A program made the translations under genes and the position numbers. The notes under the pieces are model-generated. The model saw only the letters and a program-made list of their open reading frames with translations, ran no database searches and was not told the DNA's origin. A stretch of 64,000 nucleotides of DNA from Octopus vulgaris (lineage: Eukaryota): positions 24,304,001 through 24,368,000 of the forward strand of contig OX597838.1 in the NCBI GenBank assembly GCA_951406725.2, read 5' to 3'. This document shows, piece by piece, positions 13,697 to 25,639 of this stretch. Numbering within the stretch: position 1 is the first letter of the stretch; every line of letters starts with the position of its first letter.

Positions 13697-16600
13697 TATA
13701 TATAGATATATATATGGTCATTTCTATAAATGTGCAACTGTCAATCTTTGCAGGTGTTGGCTACTCCATGTTGATTCTTGTGTTCCTCATTATAATCTAC
13801 TATAACGTTATTGTGGCATATTCCATCTACTTCCTCTTTGCATCCTTCACATCATCACTGCCATGGCTCAAATGCAACAATGAGTGGAATACATGCAACT
13901 GTACTGTAAACACTTATGGCGACAACTTCACCAACATTGCCGCTACAGACCCCAGCAATCAAGTACCATCTCTAAGCGACATTGAAGGCCTGTTTAATGA
14001 GACTCGTCCTGATTGCAGACGTAAGTAGAATGTTCATTTTTGAATTCTGTCATTGTTTTGCTCTTTTACTGATTTTCAACTTAATGGACTATGGTCATGC
14101 TGGAGCACTGTCTTGGGTCTGACTGTACAAAGCCCACCCCCCAGACTTTGTTTCCTCCTAACTTTATACAAAATGGATATTTTTAAATGAAATTTGCTAC
14201 AGATATGTTTCAAAGGATGTAAATTTAGAATTTGTTGTGAAAAAAATTCTTCAGAAGTATATAGCATGCCTCAACTTTGTTTCCTCATACTTTTTAGAAA
14301 TATATGAATTTTTAAATGAAATTTTCGACAAATACCGTTCAGATGATGTAGATTACAATTATACCAAATACCACAAAATATTATGCTCAATACTCTTCGA
14401 ACTCTGCCATTCATTGACCAACACATATACAAACATTCATATATATGTTCATACATACACACATTTATACATGCATATATCAGATATTATACATACATAC
14501 TTACATATATATACATCATACATTCGCCATGATAGATCGCTAGCTACTACACATTCTTTATTTTCTCTCCTTGTTTTTTTATGTTCCTTTCTGTGGAAGA
14601 GTGTAGGCTTGAAACGTTAAAGACTTTTTCACTTCCCGAGCGTTATACTAATACATCTGTTTGTTGTCTACACCACCTGTCTTTGTCTTTTGTTTTTTGG
14701 GAATTCTCCCTATATACATGCATACGTACATACATTCCAGACCAAACTAATTTATAAACTTTTGCCTATCATTCTAGACCAGACTAATAAATAAACTCTT
14801 ACCTATCATTCCAGCCAACTTAACAGACGTGATAACATCCTCTGGAAATGTCACTTCATCTTGGAAAGCCCTCATTGATCCATATTTTTACAACTACACA
14901 TCTAAGACTGCAAGTGAAGAATACTTCTTGTATGGCAACTACTTTTTCCCATCGTTTTACTAACTTCCCACCTTCTTATCTTCCTGTTTTCCCATCATAT
15001 CACCACTCAGTCTTTCCATCTTATCCTCTTCTTGTTTTCCCATCAACCTGTCTTCTTCTCTTCCTATTATCCTCACTTCCTGTTTTCATATCTTCCTGTT
15101 TTCCTGTCCTCCCATCATCCCATTTTCTTGTCTTCCTATCTTCATGACAGGGCCAGCTCAAGGTACCAACAACTAAGGCAGTTGCCCAGGGCGCCATGGG
15201 CTAGGGGGCACTAAGGAGGGCGTGACAAAGACGAGGAAATTTCAATGACCATTAGCTTGTACATGCCAAATTTCAGCTTGCCGGGGGCACCAGTAACCCG
15301 AGGGCTGGTAGATGGAAACTGAAAGAAGCCCATATATATATGTATATGTTTTTGTGTCAGTGCTTGTCCCCCAAACATCGCTTGACAACCGATGCTGGTA
15401 TGTTTATGTCCCTGTAACTTATCAATTCAGCAACAGAGACTGATAGAATAAGTACTAGGCTTACAAACAATAAGTCCTGGGATCAATTTGTGCGAAGAAA
15501 GGTGCTACTCCAGCATGACCGCAGTCAAATGACTGAAACAAATAAGAGTAAAGAGTGTACTAAAATTCTACCAGCTTGCTGCCTTATTTTTATGATATAT
15601 ATTGCTGTTAGCTAGTTGAGTGGTAGACTGCAGGGCTGAACTGAATGTCTGACAGCATTTTATTTCATCTCACTACATCAAGGGTCACCAAACTTTTTCA
15701 ACCATCGACCCCCTTTAGCCACTTTTCCTTCCAAATCGACCCCCTTTACCCACTTCTCCTTCTGCATTGACCCCCTTTAGCCATTTCTCCTTCTATATCA
15801 ACCAGCCTCCTCATTTAGAATATCTTAATACTCTACCCTTCATATCTTAAATGCGTTCTAAGTACTGATGTTGGCAATTAAAATGTTAGCTAAAATATAC
15901 ATGTATGACAAATTAGGAAATTCTATTGAAGATAACACACTTTTTACATTTAAAACAGTGTACAAGTATATAGTATTACTCTTTTATTCGTTTCAGTCAT
16001 TTGACTGTGGCCATGCTGGAGCACCACCTTTAGTCGAGCAAATCGACCCCAAGACTTATTCTTTGTAAGCCCAGTGCTTAATCTATCGGTCTCTTTTGTC
16101 GAACCACTAAGTTACGGGGACGTAAACACACCAGCATCGGTTGTTAAACAATGTTGGGGGAACAAACACAGACACACAAACACCTACACATGTACATACA
16201 TACACACGATGGGCTTCTTTCAGTTTCTGTCTACCAAATCCACTCACAAGGCTTTGGTCAGCCTGAGGCTATAGTAGAAGGCACTCACCCAAGGTGCCAC
16301 ATAGTGGGTCTGAACTCAGAACCATGTGGTTGGTAAGCAAGCTACTTACCACACAGCCACTCCTACGCCTATAAGCCTATTAAGCTTTCAATTTTTATGA
16401 AATTGTTTTCAGTTAGAAAATGTGAAAATTGCATCATATTGCTGGAATATCTTTTATTGAAATTGACAACATCAACGTGAGGGATAGGCATGGCGCTGAC
16501 CAAGTATTTCAAGCAGTTCATATGGGTGAGCTGGTCTTTCACATGCTGACCCCTCCCCCCCATTTGACCCCTTGGCTATCATTGACTCCTTGTAATTTCC

Positions 16601-19428
16601 TTCAGACTTTGGCGACCTCTGCTCCATATCCTGAGTTCACATCCTGCAAGAGGCTCCTTAGCATTTTATTCCCCTAAATTCCGAACCAGAGTGTTGTTGC
16701 TTTAACCGTCAGGTCAACTGTGTTGGAGAAGATCTAATTACCAAAGGCATACCAGCTATGACCATCCCATCTGATTTTCAGATATGATGAATCTAGAATT
16801 ACCTTGCCTCATGTATTGTTTCCTTCTATCTATTTTTTTTAAAGATGGTTTCAATGTGTGGTTTGAAGTCGCTATTTCTAGCAGTTTGATGGGCCACATA
16901 GAGGCTGCTTCAATGACTTGAAGTTGTACTGTCTTCAGTGGCGGTGGTGGTGTTGTTTATATTACTTGTTGGTAATGACTGCGGTGGTGGGATATGGTGG
17001 TGAGGGTGATGGTATTGACAGCAGTGGTGGTGGCAGCAGTGGTGGTGGCAGCAGTGGTGATGGCAGCAGTGGTGGTGGCAGCAATGGTAGTATGGTGATC
17101 ATGACAGTAGTGATAGTGATGGTGGTGGTAGTGGTGATGGTATGTTCTTATATTAACCAATGTAATTCTGTTTATTATTGTAATTATCAGATTATTACTA
17201 AAAAGTCGTGAGTCGTTATCGTTACTGTTGTTACTGCTGTTTAAACCCAGGTCAGCCCTGATTGAGTAAACCTAAACGAAGAATGGAGTTACCAGCTATG
17301 ACCATCCTGTCTTTTATTGTCTTTTAACAGGAGAAGTAGTTTGACCAATATCTTCTGTGTGGAATACGTTAGATGGAAATTGTGCAAAAATCCTTTCTCT
17401 CTCTCTTTGCTTACACACACACACATTGGTGACAGAGACAATATTAGTACTGAGAGATAATCTTTATCCCCACTTAAACCTGGATGTTCTGTTAGAACAA
17501 ACTATACTGTGGTAGATACCATTAGTTTTTTTGGTGCAAAATGAACTCTTGTTCATATCCCTGCAAGTGGGGAGATAAATTCTGACCATCTCCAGTGCTG
17601 AGAACACCAGATCCCGTGATTTCAACCATCCTTGGTCTCATCAATGATGGACACTCAACTGCCAGAGAGAGCAGCAACTCATCTCCCCACCAGCAATATA
17701 TAGATTGAAAGTGCCAGAACTGGCACTGGTGTCATGATTAGTCAATTAGCTTGTTAAAATTTTTTAACAAGCTAACTGGCTTGAGGGGGCTGGGCGTTTT
17801 GAGGATGGTCATGGTTGGAACGATTTTGATCAATAGGTTATGCTGGATCATGTTTGGTATGATAATCATGGCCAGAATCACTTCAATCAATAGGCCTGCT
17901 GGATCAAGTTTGACAGGATGGTCGTGGTTACAATATCTTTGATTAATAGGCCTGTAAGATCAAGTTTGAAAGGGTGGTCATGGCTGAAATATATTTGAGC
18001 AATATGTCTGCTGAATCAAGTTTGATAGAATGGTCATGGCAGTGAGTTCGCAGAATCGTTAGCACGCCGGGAGAAATGCTTAGCAGTATTTCGTCTGCCG
18101 CTACGTTCTGAGTTCAAATTCTGCCAAGGTTGACTTTGCCTTTCATCCTTTCAGGGTCGATTAAATAAGTACCAGTTACGCACTGGGGTTGATGTAATCG
18201 ACTTAATCTGTTTGTCTGTCCTTATTTGTCTCCTCTGTGTTTAGCCCCTTGTGGGTAGTAAAGAAATAGGTATTTCATCTGCCGCTACGTTCTGAGTTCA
18301 AATTCTGTTGAGGTTGACTTTGCCTTTCATCCTTTCAGGGTCGATAAATTAAGTACCAGTTACGCACTGGGGTCGATATAATCAACTTAATTCATTTTTC
18401 TGTCCTTGTTTGTCCCCTCTGTGTGTAGCCCCTTGTGGGCAGTAAAGAAATAATAATGGTCATGGCCAGAATCTCTTCATTCGATAGGCGTGCTGGCTGG
18501 ATCAAGTTTGAAAGTGTGCTTGTGGCTGGAATATCCTTGGTCACATGTCTGCTGAATCAGCTTTGACCTGGAACTAAACAACACCAACAACAACATCATT
18601 GATGGATTTTTTCTTTTTCTTTTTGTTAAATGTCCAATTCTAATTGTGTCCTTAAAAAAATGTCTGTTTTAAGCAATGAAGTCCTAAAGATGACCGACGA
18701 CATCTATGAAATGGTCACAGTGGAATGGGACCTCAGCCTCTGTCTTCTTCTCGCCTGGTGTATAGTATTCTTTGTCCTTTTGAAAGGAATCAAGTCGTTA
18801 GGGAAGGTAGGTACTTTCTTCCATGTTGTTTCTTCTTATTTTAGTTTTTGGTGTGCAGGTTAGCTCTGCACACGAGTCGACAGGTCTTGAGCCAAACTTT
18901 GAGATGAGGGCACTTGCTTTTCATAGACAGGGCAGTCCAAGTATTTGAGGAGAATGTGAGGGTGGGGTTCACTTATTGATGTGAGGAAACTGACCTCCTC
19001 TTAACCAATGATAATGACGGTACTGGTGCCGAGCTGGCAGAATCGTTAGCACGCCAAGCGAAATGTGAAACCGTATTTCCTCTGCCGTTACGTTCTGAGT
19101 TCAAATTCCGCTGAGGTCGACTTTGCCTTTCATCCTTTCAGGGGCGATAAATTAAGTACCAGTTACACACTGGGGTCGATGTAATTGACTTAATACCTAT
19201 GTCTGTCCTTGTTTGTCCCCTCTATGTTTAGCCCCTTGTGGGCAATAAAGAAATAGGTACTTTTCTCTGTCACATGACTATAAATGAACAATCTGGTATG
19301 TTTATTTTAATGGGCTACCAATGTATACAGTACGTTTCTCTGCCCAAGGTGTCAAGAAGACACTCGAGAAGAAATGGAAACAGAAATGAAAGAAGATGTT
19401 AATGAAAATAATAATGATAATAATAATG

Positions 19429-19460
<32 letters not shown>

Positions 19461-19675
19461 AATATTTATTTGTGTATAACTTCTGGATGAGTTACCTCGG
19501 TCCTAAATAGTCTAAACAAAAAATGAAGTAGACTGACATGTAATTTTAAACCTGTGGAAGGCACGCTAGATGCCGAAATATTGTTCAACCAATTTCACAT
19601 GATAAGGCACTCTTCTATTTATTTGTGTATAAATTCTGGATGAGTTACCTCTGTCCTATATAGTCTAATAATAAC

Positions 19676-19724
<49 letters not shown>

Positions 19725-21878
19725 TGATTGATTAGTAAAGTGTTCCATACAATTCCAGGCTGCTTGTTTAATTTCTCTATTTCCATATATTTCCAGGTTG
19801 CTTATTTCACTTCTCTGTTTCCATATATTTTATTGGCTTGTCTCATTGGCAAAGGAGCCACACTGGAAGGGTCTTCAGATGGAATCTACTATTACCTACG
19901 GCCAGACGTCTCAAAATTAAAGAATGCTCAGGTAAACTCATAAATATATGATGGACTCTCCTGTCGAAGATGGCGTATGAGATAATAATAATAATAATAA
20001 TAATAATTGTGTACAGTGCTCAGGTGCACTACAACTCATCTAAAGTGTATATATAATCAGGTGAAGTTTCGGCGGATTTCGGAAAGCATGAGGGCCTTAA
20101 AAGATGCAGTGTCATGGCAGTCAACAACTGACGCAGGCAGTTTATTCCATGCTTCAGCAACTCTGAGCGTGAAAAAATGTTTCCGAAAGTCATGGGAGCT
20201 GTATTGTTTTCTGACTTTGTAGGCATGTCCACGTGTGTTAGACACATGGAGATCAAAAAGGTGTTCAGTGTTGTTGTTGGTGAGGTGGTTGATAACTTTG
20301 TGGGTGTTTACCAAGTCCGTCGCCAAACGCCGGAGCTTCAGTGAATCCATGCCCAGGGAAACAAGGCGCTCAGAATATGGTAGGTGTCTGATGGAGGGTA
20401 TGCGTTTGGTTGCACGTCTCTGGACAGATTCCAGGAGGTCAATGTTCTGTGCAAGATAGGGGTTCCAAACTGATGATGCGAATTCCAAGTGTGGTCGTAC
20501 CATAGCTGTATACAGTTTTAAATAGATGGCTGGAGAGCGGCTAACAAAAGACCTGCTGAGTGATGCCAAGACACCCTCGGCCTTCCTGACAATCTTAGAG
20601 ATATGCTTTGACCAACGCAAATCACTGCTGACAGTGATGCCTAGGTCACGCTCGCAAGAGGATTTCTTGATATCAGTGTTGTGGAGGGAGTATGTGAACG
20701 CAGTGTTTTTCTCCCAAAATGCATGGTGGTACACTTGTCCACAGCCAGTTTCAGTTGCCAGTCTGTGATCCATTGCTGCATTGTGTCTAGGTCTGATTGC
20801 AGGAAAGAGTTGTAGACATCAGGATCTGTCCTCTTGATTTCAAGGTACAGCTTGATGTCGTCTGCATATTTCAATACTGTGGCATTCTTTAAATTGGCAT
20901 CTATGTCGTTAATGTATGCCACAAACAAGAGGGGGCCAAGGACAGATCCCTGTGGTACACCCGATGACATCTCATATGGTGTAGAGTGCTGTCCTAGAAC
21001 TGTGACTACCTCCTTTCGGCTGAGGATGAAGGATTTCAACCAGTTAAAAAGGTCATCCCCCACACCCATTGCAGAGAGTTTCACCATAAGCCTTTTGTGT
21101 GGCACAGAGTTGAAAGCCTTAGCAAAGTCAAGGTAGACAACATCCACCCATGAGCCACTGTCAGTAATCTGAGTAATGTCCTCAAGGAACTCGACAAGCT
21201 GGTCACTGCAGCTGGAGTTAGGGACAAATCCATATTGTGAGGGTCGGATGAGACTGTGAGAGCTCCAGAAGTTCCAGAGTGTTTCTCTGACACACGATTC
21301 CATCAGTTTTGCAATACAGCTAGTGAGACTGACTGGGCGATAGTTGACAGGTGATGTGCGGTCGCCCTTTTTGAATAGAGGAATGACACTGGCAGTTTTC
21401 CACTGCTCCGGAGTAGCACCATTGTTGAGACAGTACTGGAAGAAAATAGAAAGCTGGTGTAAAAGGAAGTGCCTGCCACGTTTGAGAAACAGGTATGTAA
21501 CTCCATCGAGACCAGGGGAGGCATAGTTGCGCTTATTTTGAAGGTGACGTCGCAGCATTGCAGGTGTAAATTCGGCTTTTGCTGAACGGCCTACACAAAT
21601 GATTTGTTTATAATGATCAAAGCTATGTGGTGTACATTAGCTCATACCCTCCACCAAATGGACATTGCCTGAACAGGTGCACAATGTGCCATACGTCGGG
21701 TGTCAAAGTGATTGTAGAGGAATGTGAGATGAATTGTTTCACTGATGAACATAATGCAAAGCCCAGTCTAAGAATTGAAACCGTGATCTCATGATCATGG
21801 GTACAATACTCTAACCACTAGGCCAGGCATCCTCACTCAAAATATATAATGTGTATGTGTGTGTGTGTATGTGTGTGT

Positions 21879-21952
<74 letters not shown>

Positions 21953-22329
21953 ACATATGTCATTATTCAGTTTATTTCAAGATTTCTTGCCAATAGAGAA
22001 AGAACCAGTTTCTAACCTGGTTTCCAAGGTTCCTTCATTGGAATTTCACCATCAACAACAGGGTATTTTTGTTTGTATGTATGCCATTATTCAGTTTATT
22101 TCAAGATGTATGTATGCATGCATGTATGTATCCGTGTATTCTCTTATTTTGTTTCAGTCATTTTGACTGTGGCCATGCTGGAGCACTGCCTTTGGTCAAA
22201 CAAATCGACCCCAAGACTCATTCTTTGTAAGCCTAGTATTTATTCTATTGGTCCCTTTTGCCGAAATGCTAAGTTACGGGGACGTAAACAGTTGTCAAGC
22301 GATGGGGAGGGGACAAACACAGACACACA

Positions 22330-22372
<43 letters not shown>

Positions 22373-23898
22373 CAGGCTTCTTTCAGTGTCCGCCTACCAA
22401 ATCCACTCATAAGGCTTTGGTCAGCCCGAGGCTATAGCAGAAGACACTTGCCCAAGGTGCCACGCAGTGGGACTGAATCCAGAACCATATGGTTGGTAAG
22501 CAAGCTACTTACCACACAGCCACTCCTGCACCTATAATAATAATAATAATGATAATAAAAATGGTTTCAAATTTTGGCACAAAGCCAGTAATGTCGGGGG
22601 AGGAGTCAAGTCAATAACATAGACCATAGCGTTCAACTGGAATTTTTTTTATTGACCCTGAAGGGATGGAAGATAAAGTCAACCTCAGCGGAATTCGAAC
22701 TCATGATACTAAATATTTCAAATTTTTGCCACAAGGATAGCTTGGAGGAGGTAGGGATGAGTTGATTACATCAACCCCAGTGTTCAAACTGGTACTTATT
22801 TTATCGACCCTGAAAGGATGATAGGCAAAATCAACCTTGGCAGAGTTTGAACTCAGAACTTTGGAATCGGGTAAAATACCGCTAAGCATTTCTTCCAGTG
22901 TGCTAAAGATTCTGCTAGATTGCCACCTTACTCATAACCCCTAATACTAATAATGATAATAAATAATAATAAAAACAAACATGAATAGGCGCAGGAGTGG
23001 CTGTGTGGTAAGTAGTTTGCTAACCAACCACACAGTTCCGGGTTCAGTGCCACTGTGTGGCATCTTGGGCAAGTGTCTTCTGCTATAGCCCAAAGCCTTG
23101 TGAGTGGATTTGGTGGGTGGAAACTGAAAGAAGCCCGTCGTATATATATATGTATATATATATATGTGTATGTATGTTTGTGTCTGTGTTTGTCCCCCTA
23201 GCATTGCTTGACAACCAATGCTGGTGTGCTTACGTCCCCGTCACTTAGCGGTTCGGCAAAAGAGACCGATAGAATAAGTACTGGGCTTACAAAGAATAAG
23301 TCCCGGGGTCAATTTGCTCGACTAAAGGTGGTGCTCCAGCATGGCCGCAGTCAAATGACTGAAACAAGTAAAAGAGTAAAAGAGTAAAGAGTATGAATAT
23401 AAATGTGAAAATTCTCCTAGAGAGGTCAAGGACAGGCATAAAGGGGGAAATATAGGTGATTTGGGAGCGGTAGAGGATATAGATTGTAACTTTTGAGTAC
23501 TCCTCAGACAAATAGACACTTGAAAAATCCTCAAGAGTTCCAGATAAACTATAAGAGTTACTTACTTACGTCACTTATATCCTGTTTTCTTCTTTTTTCT
23601 CTCTTTTTTTTTTAAACTTTTTCGTTTTTACAAATGAGGATCTTCTGACAGTAAAAAAAAAACCAAACAAAAAAAGATTTGTTATCTAAGAGAATTTCAG
23701 AGTTAATTAATTATCTTAATTAATTTAAGGTGCAGGCATTGCTATGTGGTAAGAAGTTCACTTCCAAACCACTAGATTCTGGGTTCAGTCCTACAGCATG
23801 GCACCCTGAGTAAGTTTCTTGTCCGTCATGTATAAACATGTGTATGTATGTGTGTATGTATGTATGTGTGTGTGTGTGTATATATATATATCTATATA

Positions 23899-23933
<35 letters not shown>

Positions 23934-25589
23934 ATAATATTAGGGAGTAAATCCAAACTTACAGGGAAAAATTAGATTTAGGATTAAATCTAATTTTACA
24001 GTATAAATATATATATAATTTAAATTTTGAATTTTATATTTTATATATTTTGTATATTATATTAATTAATTTTATTTCTATGTTTTGGTTTATGTTTTTC
24101 ACTGTTTGATTTGCCTAATAGTGGTTTTGTCTCTAATTTAATATATATTATATATATATATATATATATAAAATTTAGATTCAGATGAATGAGGTACCTA
24201 AGTTGAGGCACCAGAATTTAGTATGGTATTATCCATACAATTTCAAAATAAGGTGATTAAAACCAAAATAAGCAACAAGGATATCCAGAGGTAATGCAGT
24301 ACGATCGTTTCATGCGACTCCATTTAAATATTAAAAATTATTTAAAACACTGTCGAAATCTGCTCATTATAAATAACATCATGGAAGAGCTAATTAACTT
24401 TATATTCAAATCATTAAACTTAATTGTCTTATGAAGTTATTATATTTTCAAATCTTTAAATAGCATTATAATTATTCCGCAATCTTCAAAATCATTTGGA
24501 TGGAAAAAATATAAATTCTGTATGCGAGGTCAGAACAGTACTGGAAGAGTATTTTTAATCATGGACAAGTGAATTTTAGAAGAGGGGCCTTGTAGGTCTA
24601 CCAGATAGATAGAAGAGCATGTAGAAAATGAAGGAGAGTATATTTTAGATTAAAAAAGAACTTTATCTTAATTTTGAAAAATAAAAGAAATATAAAAAAA
24701 AACACATTATTTATGGGCTGACCCAATATATATATATATATATATATACATACATGAATATATCATGTATGTAGCGGATTGGGAAATTTTTTTCTATTGG
24801 TTAATATATGCTGAGGTAAGATTTCTATATCAAACCAGAAACTGCTCCACATGTATACCTATACCACTAAATATATAGCTTTATATGCTATATAGGTATG
24901 TGAGGGATTTTTTCAATCCACTTGCACGAATATTGTTGATTCTGTTATCATTTTCAGTGTTATTCTGTTGGACTCTTTTGCCAAACTGCTAAGTTGCAGG
25001 AACGTAAAAACACCAATACTGATTGTCAAACACAGACAAAAATACATAGAAGAAGAACAATTACTCAAGGTGTTACACTGTGGGACTGAACCCAAAACCA
25101 TGTGGTTGGAAAGCCAGCTTCTTACCACATGACCACACCTGCATCTATTTAATCATTTTGTTTATTTATTGTATTTTTATTTCACAGGTATGGGTGGATG
25201 CTGCTGTGCAAATATTCTTTTCCGTAAGTACCAGTATGGGTGGACTGATCACCATGGCCAGCTACAACAAGTTCCACAATAATACATTTAGGTAACCCAT
25301 CAACTTCGATACCTAATAATCTCACATATGTCCCCTTTCTATCTTACCAGAATATATTTATATTACTAAACAAATCAAGATAAGAAATAATGATAATAAT
25401 CCTTTCTACTATGGACACAAGGCCTGAAATTTGGTGGAAGGGGACTAGTCGATTACATCGACCCCAGTGTTTCACTGGTACTCAATTTATCAATCCTGAA
25501 AGGATGAAAGGCAAAGTCAACCTTGGTGGAAATTGAACTCGGAACATGCAGATGAATGAAATACCATTAAGCATTTTGCTCCATATAGA

Positions 25590-25639
<50 letters not shown>

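Noticed and set aside
16918-17211. Gly/Ser-rich ORF with hydrophobic ends resembling a membrane protein
   Set aside because: Derived from a (GGT)/(GGCAGCAGT) simple repeat inside an SLC6 intron.
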